A DNA stretch of 64,000 nucleotides from Candidatus Micrarchaeota archaeon (GTDB taxonomy: Archaea > Micrarchaeota > Micrarchaeia > Anstonellales > Bilamarchaeaceae). This document shows, piece by piece, positions 35,519 through 44,998 of the stretch (position 1 is its first letter; each line of letters begins with the position of its first letter). The notes below the pieces were generated by a model. The model was not told the DNA's origin and searched no databases. It was given only the letters and a program-made list of their open reading frames with translations. The DNA lies in contig JBDRPL010000019.1 of NCBI GenBank assembly GCA_043827025.1, forward strand, positions 24,273-88,272. Direction: 5' to 3'. A program made the translations under genes and the position numbers.

Positions 35519-36739
35519 ATGAAAATCAAATCGATCTTTGCAAGGGAAATCCTGGATTCAAGAGGCAATCCTACTGTTGAAGTGGATCTGACAACTGACA
35601 AAGGATTCGGAAGGGGCGTTGCTCCATCAGGCGCATCAACTGGTGCATATGAGGCTGTTGAACTGAGGGATATAAGCAAAAGATATCTTGGCAAAGGCGT
35701 CCAAAGGGCAGTTGATAATGTCAATATAACAATTGCAAAGGAAGCAAAAGGCAAGGACTTCGAAGAACAGGAAGATTTTGATAATTTCATGCTTAAACTT
35801 GACGGTACGTTCAACAAATCGAATCTTGGAGGCAATGCAATTGTTGCAACTTCCATGGCATTTGCAAGGGCGCATGCCTGCGAAGAAGGAAAGACGGTGT
35901 GGCAGCATTTCGGAGGCAAGAGGATACCTCAGCCGATGTTCAATGTCCTCAATGGAGGAAAGCACGCCGGCGGAAAACTTTCGATCCAGGAATTCATGAT
36001 AATGCCAAAAGGAAAAAATTACAAGGAAACCCTTAGGATGGCAAGCGAGATTTATCATATTCTGGGAAAGCAATTGGTGAAAAAATATGGCCCGAGTTCT
36101 AAAAACGTTGGGGATGAAGGCGGTTATGCACCACAGCTTGAATCGTGCGAGGAGGCCTTAATCGCAATAATGGATGCAGTTGAAGAATCGGGCTACAAAA
36201 ACGAAACAACTCTCTGTTTAGATTCAGCAGCAAGCTCTTTCTATGATGGAGTGAGAAAAACCTATCTGCTGGATGGCAAGGAGCAGTCCTCCGATTATCT
36301 TTTGGAGTATTATCTTGAATTAGTGAAAAAATACCCTATTGTAAGCATAGAAGACCCGTTCGATGAGAATGATTTTGATAGTTTTGCCATACTTACAAAA
36401 AAGCTTGGGAAGAAGGCGCAGGTTGTTGGCGATGATCTTCTAGTAACAAATCCAAAAAGGATCAAGGAGGGAATTGAAAAGAAATCCTGCAATTCTCTTC
36501 TTCTCAAATTGAATCAGATAGGCACTGTCACAGAAGCATTGCATGCGGCTGAGATGTGCAGGGACAATAAGTGGACTATTGTAGTGAGCCATAGATCCGG
36601 TGAGACAGAAGATGCGTTCATCGCTGATTTTTCAGTTGGGATAAATTCAGAATATATAAAAACAGGATCCTGTGCAAGGGGCGAAAGGACTGCGAAATAC
36701 AACCAGCTTCTTAGGATATTCGAGGCAGTTGACAAATGA
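35519..36739 (+). CDS. eno: enolase (phosphopyruvate hydratase)
   Basis: MKIKSIFAREILDSRGNPTVEVDL N-terminus and SHRSGETED motif. The start is at the internal ATG at 35519, not the extended ORF-track start. Confidence 0.9.
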   Translation: MKIKSIFAREILDSRGNPTVEVDLTTDKGFGRGVAPSGASTGAYEAVELRDISKRYLGKGVQRAVDNVNITIAKEAKGKDFEEQEDFDNFMLKLDGTFNKSNLGGNAIVATSMAFARAHACEEGKTVWQHFGGKRIPQPMFNVLNGGKHAGGKLSIQEFMIMPKGKNYKETLRMASEIYHILGKQLVKKYGPSSKNVGDEGGYAPQLESCEEALIAIMDAVEESGYKNETTLCLDSAASSFYDGVRKTYLLDGKEQSSDYLLEYYLELVKKYPIVSIEDPFDENDFDSFAILTKKLGKKAQVVGDDLLVTNPKRIKEGIEKKSCNSLLLKLNQIGTVTEALHAAEMCRDNKWTIVVSHRSGETEDAFIADFSVGINSEYIKTGSCARGERTAKYNQLLRIFEAVDK

Positions 36740-37125
36740 TTCTGATAACTATCCTGAGGTTTTTGGGTGCAATAGTTTCAGCAATCGGAACTTTGCTGGT
36801 TTTTCTAGGCGCGCTTGGCTCACCTGAATTAATGTTCACAGGTGTTTCACTAATCATGATCACAGCTGCATTCGATGTCTTGACTGTGAAATATGAAAAT
36901 AAGAAGAAACTGGAAAAGATAAGCAATGATTTTGTGAATTGGGCAGGAATGCAGTTCGCGATTCCAGCATTGATTTTGCTTCTTTACTTTCTCTCATCCG
37001 ACCGCGAGCTTCTTGTTCTGGCGCTTGCATTTGGGATAATGTCTTTCTTCAACGTTGCTGCGAATACGGTAAAGGTTTATATTTCCGAGAATTCATTGGA
37101 AAAAACACGTGCAATTCCGAAATAA
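36736..37125 (+). CDS. small multi-pass membrane protein
   Basis: 129 aa with 3-4 predicted TM segments. ATGA overlap with the eno stop. Confidence 0.4.
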   Translation: MILITILRFLGAIVSAIGTLLVFLGALGSPELMFTGVSLIMITAAFDVLTVKYENKKKLEKISNDFVNWAGMQFAIPALILLLYFLSSDRELLVLALAFGIMSFFNVAANTVKVYISENSLEKTRAIPK

Positions 37126-37190
37126 AGCAATTTAAACCTTTTTACCTAAATAGAATATAAAAATCAGATAATATTTACCTTTAATCACGA

Positions 37191-38924
37191 GTGAGCTTGA
37201 TGGTCGACTATAGAAAACCGAATCCCATAGACGCAAAGACGTATTATAAACTTGGAAACGACCACTACGAGAAGGGGGATTACGAGAAGGCAATTGAAAA
37301 CTATAATATGGCAATACTTCTGAATCCTGTTTTTTCCGAGGCATATTTCAATAGGGCATTGAGCGCATACCAGCTCAAGAATTTCGACAAGTCCATCCAG
37401 GACTACATGAAATCCGCCGAGCTTGACCCCCAGAATCCTATTATATACAATAACCGGGGAGATGCATACTACAGGAATCAGGACTATCAGAATGCGATAA
37501 AGGACTATGATAAGGCAATTTCATTGAATCCAGATTATCTCAAGGCCTTCTATAATAGGGGCCTTTCATATGCTTCGATCGAGGAATATGAACGGGCGAT
37601 AGAGGACTTTACTAAAGTAATAAGCATGAAGGATGATTTTGCAGAAGCATATCACCTGAGGGGACTGGCATATGAATATGCAGGCGATCTGGAGTCTGCA
37701 GTAAAGGATTATGAAAAGGCATTGGCATTGAATCCTGATCTTTCAGAAGCAAAGGCTCATCTTGAATCTGTGAAGTCAAAGATGTCTCAGGAGGGTAAAT
37801 CTACCACGACCGGCGATTCCAAGGCAGGGGCAGGAGACATAAAGATGCTCGAGAAGCCTAACATGACTTTCAATGATGTTGCAGGTATGGAAGAGATGAA
37901 AAATGAGATCAGGGAAGCAGTTGTTTATCCTTTGGCTAATCCTGAGCTTGCTAGGAAATATGGTAAGCTTGGAGGAGGCGGAATACTGATGTACGGGCCT
38001 CCGGGTTGCGGTAAAACTTTCATCACAAAGGCTGCTGCAGGCGAATGCAAGGCTGGATTCATAAATGCAAAGCTTTCTGATTTACTTGACATGTATGTAG
38101 GTAATACTGAAAAGAACATCCACAAGGTTTTTGAGCTTGGAAGAAAGAATGTCCCATGTATGCTTTTCTTTGACGAAGTGGATGCTATTGGGGGAAGAAG
38201 GGATGCGCAGGAAGGCCAGCAGTACATGAAGATGGCCGTCAATCAGATGCTTTATGAGATGGATGGTGTTGAGGCGCACAATGACAATGTTCTTATCATT
38301 GCAGCAACAAATGCCCCATGGGATGTTGATCCTGCCCTCAGACGAAGCGGCCGTTTTTCAAAAACGATTTACGTTCCTGAGCCAGATCTCACTTCAAGGT
38401 TTGAAATACTCAAATTGCATTCAAGGAAAAGACCTATAGTGAAAGGAATACCCTTCCGCAGGCTTGCATATGCCACTGAAGGTTATGCGTCCGCTGATCT
38501 CAAGGCAGTTGTTGAAGAAGCTGCTGGTTACCCATGGAGAGAAGCCTTCCATGCCATTGACAAGAAAACAAAGCAGTATATTGCACAGGGAATGGATCCC
38601 AAGCAGGCTGAAGAAAAAGCCAAGCAGGACGTTCAGCAGAGACCAATAACCAGGTATGATTTTGTCAGGGCCGTCCAGAAGAAAAAGTCTTCTTTGCCTC
38701 CATGGTATGCTCAGGCGAAGAAGCAGATAGGCAAGCAGGAAGAAGTTACAATTATAGATGGCAAGGAGCACAAGAAAGTCACTGAAAGCAAGATGGCTCT
38801 TGCTGAAAAAGAAGCTTTCAAGAGATTGCTGGACGTTATAAACTCAAGAAATGGATTCGTCCGTAAGGTAAGGATGTTCCTGGCTAAATATGTTTTCCTT
38901 GGACTTGCGATGCTTCCAATATAA
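37191..38924 (+). CDS. TPR-repeat / AAA+ ATPase fusion protein with a C-terminal hydrophobic tail
   Basis: About six TPR units in the N-terminal ~200 aa (AxxYxxLG, AIxxYxKAIxLNP patterns). AAA domain with GPPGCGKTF Walker A, a DEVD Walker B and an SRH region. The last ~20 aa are hydrophobic (VFLGLAMLPI). Confidence 0.7.
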   Translation: MSLMVDYRKPNPIDAKTYYKLGNDHYEKGDYEKAIENYNMAILLNPVFSEAYFNRALSAYQLKNFDKSIQDYMKSAELDPQNPIIYNNRGDAYYRNQDYQNAIKDYDKAISLNPDYLKAFYNRGLSYASIEEYERAIEDFTKVISMKDDFAEAYHLRGLAYEYAGDLESAVKDYEKALALNPDLSEAKAHLESVKSKMSQEGKSTTTGDSKAGAGDIKMLEKPNMTFNDVAGMEEMKNEIREAVVYPLANPELARKYGKLGGGGILMYGPPGCGKTFITKAAAGECKAGFINAKLSDLLDMYVGNTEKNIHKVFELGRKNVPCMLFFDEVDAIGGRRDAQEGQQYMKMAVNQMLYEMDGVEAHNDNVLIIAATNAPWDVDPALRRSGRFSKTIYVPEPDLTSRFEILKLHSRKRPIVKGIPFRRLAYATEGYASADLKAVVEEAAGYPWREAFHAIDKKTKQYIAQGMDPKQAEEKAKQDVQQRPITRYDFVRAVQKKKSSLPPWYAQAKKQIGKQEEVTIIDGKEHKKVTESKMALAEKEAFKRLLDVINSRNGFVRKVRMFLAKYVFLGLAMLPI

Positions 38925-38940
38925 AATGAGTTTTCTATTT

Positions 38941-39381
38941 TTAGCTTTTCCTTCTTATGACTACTCCTATACTTTCTGATTTTATCTCCATGTTTATCTT
39001 TCCGTTGCCGATATTCTCAAAAGAAGTTTGATCCTCGATTTTGATTGGGTATTTTGCAGTTTCAGAAATGTCGCTTTCACCCTCTCTGGTCATTAACTTG
39101 ATAGTTATTTCTGATCCTTTTCCTATGTTGATGAAGGTGATGCTTTCTGCGTTCTTTGGAAGATAAATCTCTAGGTCTGCAGATGAGCCCTCGCCAAGGT
39201 TTCCGACGCTGTTGACCATGTTTGCAATCCTTGATGCTGCAAGTTGAGCCTGATTGGCCAGCAAAGTTTCTTCTGTATCACTGGCTTTCATATAGACCGT
39301 AACTATTATTGGTATGAATATAACCATTATCGCAGCGATTATTATTATAAGCTCTGTGCTAACTTGCCCTTTTCTTGCCAT
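38941..39381 (-). CDS. archaeal type IV pilin-like protein (class III signal peptide)
   Basis: N-terminal MARKGQVSTELIIIIAAIMVIF: a K/R-G-Q cleavage-site-like motif followed by a hydrophobic helix (DUF361-like). Confidence 0.55.
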   Translation of the reverse strand: MARKGQVSTELIIIIAAIMVIFIPIIVTVYMKASDTEETLLANQAQLAASRIANMVNSVGNLGEGSSADLEIYLPKNAESITFINIGKGSEITIKLMTREGESDISETAKYPIKIEDQTSFENIGNGKINMEIKSESIGVVIRRKS

Positions 39382-39390
39382 ATTACATTC

Positions 39391-40452
39391 CTACCTTTTC
39401 TTACTAAGTACTATATTTACTTCATCTATAATCTTTTTAATTGCATCACCAAAGCTGTAATCTTCAGCAGACACGACTGTTGTCTTTCCATTTGCTTCTA
39501 TGTGCAGCTTTGCCTCATAAACTGATTTTCCTTTTTTCACATGGAGACTGATCCTGCCAATTTTTATCGAAGTCCTGAATTTCTCTATCGTATGCTCCAG
39601 CCTTTCCTTTATCATTTCATAGTATTGTTTCTGTTCTTCGTCAAGCCCGCTGACCTCTATTTCAATCTTATCTTTAGAGTCGCTGGATATCCTCTTGAAT
39701 ATGTCTGTTGCGCTTATGACTCCGACTGCTTTTTTGGCTTTGAGCACAATCATGGAGGAAACAGTCCTCTCGACCATTTTCCTTGCAGCATCTTCAAGCA
39801 TGGCACTGTCCTCTATGGTTGCCACCACATCTCGGAGGATATGGGAAAGAGGTTCAGAATCCCTCTTTTCTATCTCGGAAAACATCTCGCCTGAATCCCT
39901 TTCCTTAGCAGTAAGCGATTCTACTGAAAGATCAAATGTTGATACTATTCCATGCGGGTAACCATCCTTTGTTATCAGAACCTTGTGCGTTTTATTCTCT
40001 TTCATTACTCTTTTTACAGCTCCTATACTTTCTTTGTAGTCAATGGAGTAAACCGGAGAATTCATAATTTCTTTGACACTGACTTTTGGAACTAACCTTG
40101 CTTTCATGAGCTCTTCAACCAAATCTGTTCTTGTTGTTATTCCTTTTGGTTTTTCTCTTGCATCTAATATTGGAATCGCCTTGAAATGCCCTGCAAGGAA
40201 CGCATTCAGCTTTTCAAGCATTGATGCGTTTTCGCTTATATGGGGCGCCTTTATGCAGACGGAGCTGCATTTTGTTTTGCTTGGATCAGTTATGCCTGTT
40301 CTTAGGTTTCGATCATCAATTATTCCATAATATCTGCCTTCTTTGGTGACTATTGTTGCAGTTCCTTCTCTTAGCATGTCATCCGTAACCCTTGAAAGGG
40401 GTTCATTTAAATCTACGATATTGGCTTCTTTCATAACAACATCTCCAAGCAT
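39391..40452 (-). CDS. CBS-domain protein (two CBS pairs)
   Basis: Four CBS-like segments (GIIDDRNL, PILDARE, HKVLITKDGYPHGIVSTFDL, MIVLKAKKAVGVISATDI). 353 aa. Confidence 0.65.
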   Translation of the reverse strand: MLGDVVMKEANIVDLNEPLSRVTDDMLREGTATIVTKEGRYYGIIDDRNLRTGITDPSKTKCSSVCIKAPHISENASMLEKLNAFLAGHFKAIPILDAREKPKGITTRTDLVEELMKARLVPKVSVKEIMNSPVYSIDYKESIGAVKRVMKENKTHKVLITKDGYPHGIVSTFDLSVESLTAKERDSGEMFSEIEKRDSEPLSHILRDVVATIEDSAMLEDAARKMVERTVSSMIVLKAKKAVGVISATDIFKRISSDSKDKIEIEVSGLDEEQKQYYEMIKERLEHTIEKFRTSIKIGRISLHVKKGKSVYEAKLHIEANGKTTVVSAEDYSFGDAIKKIIDEVNIVLSKKR

Positions 40453-40536
40453 TTTATGCGATTTTTCAATCTGAAGTAATATGGAAGAATAACTTAATAA
40501 ATAACTACGTGTATAATTGGTAAGGCGATCCTGGCG

Positions 40537-41238
40537 ATGTCATTCAGTCTTGAAAAAATGGTTGAAAAGCCTACCTGGAAAGTGGTTTTGCTTGAACTTA
40601 TTGCGTCAAAAGAGCTGGACCCATGGAACATAGATTTGGTTGTTGTTTCAGACAGTTTCATAAAGAAAATAAAAGAGATGAAGAGCCTTGATTTTTTTCT
40701 TCCAGCGAACCTTATCCTAGCAGCCTCTATTCTTCTGAGGTACAAAAGCGAACATATCCGCTTTCAAGATGATGTTCTTCCTGTTGAGGCTATGGGTGAG
40801 CCACTTGATTATGATTCTGAAAGTTCTAGTATTCCAGAACTAATGCTCTCTTCAAGAATACCTCCAAGAAGGCAAATTACGATGGAGGAGCTGATGCTGG
40901 AAATAGAGAAGGCTATGAAATATGATACTACTGAAAGGGTAGTGCACCACAAGGGTGGCATAATTGATTTTGTTGATTTGAATATAAACAAGTTCGATAT
41001 AGAAAAGAAGATGGAAGAGATTCTGGAATCTGTCAAAGAGAATGTGGATTCAGAAGGCTTTGCCTTGTTTTCCAAGATGGTGGATGGAAAGAAGAATCTC
41101 GAAGTCATTTATTCCCTGCTTTCACTGCTCCATTTGACTCAAAAGGAGAAGATCGATTTGATACAGGATGAGCTCTTTGGTGAGATACTGGTTAGATTGA
41201 AAGGAGAAAAAGTGGATTTTACTGCTAGTGCTGAATAA
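40537..41238 (+). CDS. scpA: segregation and condensation protein A (ScpA, kleisin) homolog
   Basis: N-terminal WNIDLVVVSDSFIKKI...LPANLILAASILLRYKS and C-terminal winged-helix pattern consistent with ScpA. 233 aa. Confidence 0.55.
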   Translation: MSFSLEKMVEKPTWKVVLLELIASKELDPWNIDLVVVSDSFIKKIKEMKSLDFFLPANLILAASILLRYKSEHIRFQDDVLPVEAMGEPLDYDSESSSIPELMLSSRIPPRRQITMEELMLEIEKAMKYDTTERVVHHKGGIIDFVDLNINKFDIEKKMEEILESVKENVDSEGFALFSKMVDGKKNLEVIYSLLSLLHLTQKEKIDLIQDELFGEILVRLKGEKVDFTASAE

Positions 41239-41277
41239 TTAAAATAAGATAATAAGATTAAGAATAGAAAAAAAAGA

Positions 41278-41640
41278 TTAATGTCTGATCTTTGGCTTTG
41301 TCTTGATGATCTTAACATTTGCAGGTGTTAATATTACCGTATCCTGTGCCAAGAGAGCTATGTCGCCGTTTATTTTTGTAGAGTATGTCTTCAATTTGGA
41401 GATGATTGTCTTCAATCTGTTTGGTTGCTTTGACAGATGAACCAAGTTAAGGATGATTATATTTTTGCTTGACAACTCTGATACTGTAAGGTCAGCATCC
41501 CCTTCGTTTCTTAATTCTATTCTCTTTACATAGAAATCTGCTGGTGGATTTACGACGTCGCCGTCTGCATCCATGACTTCTTCAAGATCCGGTAATTCTC
41601 CTTCTGCCTCTTTTCCAAAAAATTTGTCTAAAAGTCCCAT
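41278..41640 (-). CDS. possible SepF-like (DUF552) cell-division protein
   Basis: 120 aa with an N-terminal MGLLDKFFGK motif similar to archaeal SepF N-termini and an alpha/beta-sized C-terminal domain. Weak assignment. Confidence 0.35.
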   Translation of the reverse strand: MGLLDKFFGKEAEGELPDLEEVMDADGDVVNPPADFYVKRIELRNEGDADLTVSELSSKNIIILNLVHLSKQPNRLKTIISKLKTYSTKINGDIALLAQDTVILTPANVKIIKTKPKIRH

Positions 41641-41719
41641 GTGGTCACCCTTAATTGATGAATGTTAACTTAATTAAGAAGCAATTAGTTTTTAAATTTA
41701 CTTCCGCAAACTTTTTAAC

Positions 41720-42631
41720 ATGCGTAATGAAAAATCATCGAATAGGAATAATACTATCTATGGGACTGTTCTTATGCTGGCCCTTGGTTTCATAGTTCTA
41801 ATAGGCTTGATGTTTGTTTTTTCAGATGGTTTTCACCTTGGGAAGAAGGGTTGCGTTGCAATAGTCAACATAAACCGCGAGATCACAGTAGAAAGCACTC
41901 CGCAATCGCTTTTTGTAGAATCTGTTCCTGGTTCAGAGGACATTGCGAATGCGATATACGGACTCAATGACCGCAATGATGTGGCTGCAGTCGTCTTTGT
42001 CATTAATTCTCCTGGTGGGTCTGTTGTTGGGAGCAGGGAAATTTATAATTCAGTTTTGAATCTTTCAAAGCCAAAGGTTGGCTATTTTAGGGAAGTTGCT
42101 GCTTCAGGTGCATATTACATCGCTACTCCTCTTCAATACATTGTTTCAGATCCTGCTGCCCTTACTGGCAACATAGGTGCTGTGACAACCTTTGCGGATC
42201 TAAGCAGTCTTTTTGAAAAAATAGGGATGAATGTGACTTCCATAACCTCTGGAGAAATGAAAGATATTGGTTCTCCTTCAAGACCGATGACTGATGATGA
42301 ACGTTCTTTAATGCAACAGGTTGCAATGGAGGCGTTCGAGGATTTTAAGGCAGTTATATTGAAGAATCGCGGCTCCAAGCTCAACATGGCGAAATTTGAT
42401 GTCATTTTGGATGGCCGGGTGGTGACAGGCAAAATGGCAAAAGACATAGGGCTTGTTGATCAAATCGGCACAAAGCAGGATGCCATAAACAAGGCAAAGG
42501 AGCTTGCAGGGTTGCCAGAGGAAGCTTTGATATGTAATATTGATCTTGGAGGTGGCAAAGGAGGATTATTCAGTACGGGTTCGTTGCTTGACACATTTCA
42601 CATCCAGAAGATGGAGCTGAAGTTTCAATGA
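41720..42631 (+). CDS. sppA: signal peptide peptidase SppA (S49 family, 36K type)
   Basis: N-terminal TM and ClpP/crotonase-fold motifs (VVFVINSPGGSVVGS, GAYYIATP). 303 aa. Confidence 0.75.
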   Translation: MRNEKSSNRNNTIYGTVLMLALGFIVLIGLMFVFSDGFHLGKKGCVAIVNINREITVESTPQSLFVESVPGSEDIANAIYGLNDRNDVAAVVFVINSPGGSVVGSREIYNSVLNLSKPKVGYFREVAASGAYYIATPLQYIVSDPAALTGNIGAVTTFADLSSLFEKIGMNVTSITSGEMKDIGSPSRPMTDDERSLMQQVAMEAFEDFKAVILKNRGSKLNMAKFDVILDGRVVTGKMAKDIGLVDQIGTKQDAINKAKELAGLPEEALICNIDLGGGKGGLFSTGSLLDTFHIQKMELKFQ

Positions 42632-43023
42632 AGAAATATGGCAGCGATAGAAAATCTATGCAAAAAGAAGAGGGTGATGATATGGTCAGGAAGCTCATAA
42701 AAAAATCAATACCTTATTTATTTGTCTTTTTTGTGCTTTCCATCGTGTTCTATTTTTTCGGATTTGGCAATCCATCCTCGGCTCCGGTTGCAAAACTAAA
42801 TGATGCGAAAAGTGTCTGTACAGAAGGCGCAATGCAAAACTGCACCTACAATTCCTGTAATGGATACAGCCAATGTGAGAATGGCAAGTGGTCCTATTGT
42901 AAAATGAAACCTGTTTGCGTTCCAGGCTCGAAATCAAGTTGCACAGATAATGGCTGTGTCAATGGCTACAAGGTTTGCAATGATTGTGGCACAGATTATG
43001 GGGACTGCTTTGAGACTAACTAA
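42628..43023 (+). CDS. small membrane-anchored Cys-rich protein
   Basis: 131 aa: TM (YLFVFFVLSIVFYFFGF), then 14 Cys in ~90 aa. Start overlaps the sppA stop. Confidence 0.4.
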   Translation: MKKYGSDRKSMQKEEGDDMVRKLIKKSIPYLFVFFVLSIVFYFFGFGNPSSAPVAKLNDAKSVCTEGAMQNCTYNSCNGYSQCENGKWSYCKMKPVCVPGSKSSCTDNGCVNGYKVCNDCGTDYGDCFETN

Positions 43024-44250
43024 TTAAATCACAGTCTTTTGTTTTGTTGCCAGTTTTTTCGGAGCCCTTATCTTTCCAGTAGCTGTGAATTCAGCATATT
43101 TTGCTTTCATTTCTTGATCTAGGTTTGCAGCTATTCTTTCAGTTGCACCGAAGAATATCTTCACTCTGGTTCTGAAGCAGCTAACTTCCCTTGCAGCTTG
43201 TCTTATGGATTCCGGAGCCCTTTCATTTTCAGCAATTCTGTTCAGCTCTTTTAATGTTTGCGACCTGTAACAACGCCATAACAGACCCCTTTCTCTTGTT
43301 TCAATCATTGCCTTTATCACTGCAAGTGTGCCGTATTCAACGACTTCCTGCTGATGGTTAAATCCTAACAATTCATTGAGGATCCTTGCTTCTGCTAAGA
43401 ATTTTGAATGATGATTTAACTCTCCGCTTTTTATGTTTTCAAGGTTAAGTATGACTCCCAGGGTTCCATAATAATTTCTTAATTCAGGAGCCACTCTTCT
43501 TTCAGTAGATATTTTCAGACATCTATCTGGCTTTTTGTTTGCAGCCCTTCCATTATCATTTTGTTCAACATGATTAATTATCGCATATTCAATGCTTTCT
43601 TGGGGGATTCCGAGATTTTCTGGCAACAGGTGCCTGTATCCATCATACATCCTTTCGCATTGTCTGATGAATCTTTCCCTGGCTTCCTGTCTTATATCCT
43701 CAGGAACACCTTCAGTCAATATCAGTTGGTGTATTTCTGATTCTTTATTGGCGGTTTCCAAAAGAAATCTGTACGTAGCTTTCTTCACCCTTGGCAAGGT
43801 ATCTGATGCATTGGCAAATCTAGCTATTTTTTCGTATATGGGAGATGCACGCATTGGATCATGAGCTGCGTTATACTCTCTCTTGTATGTTTCTAAAAGT
43901 GCATATTGTACGGCTCTTCTCACTTTTTCTGATTTTGCTGATCTGGCAATTTTTTTTAATTGGCTTTCTATCCCTTCTTTTCTTATTCTTTCTATGGCCA
44001 GTATGACAATCTTTTCTTCAGCTTCTGGACTTAGTCCTAGGATTCCTTTTATTTCTTCAAGTGCACCTACAATTGCATAAGCATTCATCTCTCTTATCAA
44101 AACTTCGGCCATTTCTAATTGTGTATCCTGGGAGAGAGTTTCATTCCTTAGCCTTAGGTAAGTACCTTCCATTCCTTTGCCATTACCTCCCAGAATGCCT
44201 AAAACCTCGCAACAATCTTGTATTTGTGTTATGCAATCACCCATATCCAA
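43024..44250 (-). CDS. hypothetical alpha-helical protein (408 aa)
   Basis: Long ORF divergent from the pilin cluster. No recognised motifs. Confidence 0.4.
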   Translation of the reverse strand: MDMGDCITQIQDCCEVLGILGGNGKGMEGTYLRLRNETLSQDTQLEMAEVLIREMNAYAIVGALEEIKGILGLSPEAEEKIVILAIERIRKEGIESQLKKIARSAKSEKVRRAVQYALLETYKREYNAAHDPMRASPIYEKIARFANASDTLPRVKKATYRFLLETANKESEIHQLILTEGVPEDIRQEARERFIRQCERMYDGYRHLLPENLGIPQESIEYAIINHVEQNDNGRAANKKPDRCLKISTERRVAPELRNYYGTLGVILNLENIKSGELNHHSKFLAEARILNELLGFNHQQEVVEYGTLAVIKAMIETRERGLLWRCYRSQTLKELNRIAENERAPESIRQAAREVSCFRTRVKIFFGATERIAANLDQEMKAKYAEFTATGKIRAPKKLATKQKTVI

Positions 44251-44407
44251 TAAAGTAAATTATTGTATTATCATAATTTGTGCTTATAAATGTTACTGTT
44301 GGTGGAAAAAAAAGACATTTATTTAAAAAAGCAGCCTTTTCCTGAGTAATTAGCCAAGGACCTTCTTCTTAGGATGTTATTTTTAAACCTTTCACGACAA
44401 ACTCTAA

Positions 44408-44998
44408 TTGATGAAATCAAAAGGATTCATATTCTCGCTAGATGCATTTGTAGCATTCACCCTGTCCCTAGTTGTCATTTCATCATTGATTTTCTTTTCA
44501 AGCATTCCTTCGGCGCATTATGCAACTCTCATGCAGGCGCATTATATCGCAAAGGATGCGCTTTTGGCGCTTTCAGCAACACCATGCGCTGATAAAATAG
44601 AATGTGGCGACAGTGTATCCCTTTTGAACTATATTGTCATTAGAAAGGAGACTGAAGGCAGGCTCCAGCAGGGCATGGTCGATTCTTTTATAGGTAACTA
44701 CATTCCTAAGCAATATGGCTATTCCCTGTCAATTTATGACAAGGACTCAGGAAACTGGAGGGAAATTTTCAAAGACGAACGAGGCAAAATTGACAGGCAC
44801 GTAAGCGTTTCTGAATATTCCATGGTTCATGATTTTAGATACTTCGTGAGCGCTCCGGCCAACATATATCAATACAAGACTTGCAACGGAGGCAAAAACA
44901 TTGCCTGTAGCGAGAATCAAGTTATCTCAGAATACTGGGATGAGCTGTCCAAGAATAAATACGTGGTTCAGCTCATAAGGTTGGATGTGTTTATCTAG
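44408..44998 (+). CDS. type IV pilin-like protein (class III signal peptide, KGF-type)
   Basis: N-terminal MKSKGFIFSLDAFVAFTLSLVVISSLIFF. The ATG is at 44411. A TATA-like ATTTTTAAA lies ~30 nt upstream. Confidence 0.5.
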   Translation: MMKSKGFIFSLDAFVAFTLSLVVISSLIFFSSIPSAHYATLMQAHYIAKDALLALSATPCADKIECGDSVSLLNYIVIRKETEGRLQQGMVDSFIGNYIPKQYGYSLSIYDKDSGNWREIFKDERGKIDRHVSVSEYSMVHDFRYFVSAPANIYQYKTCNGGKNIACSENQVISEYWDELSKNKYVVQLIRLDVFI

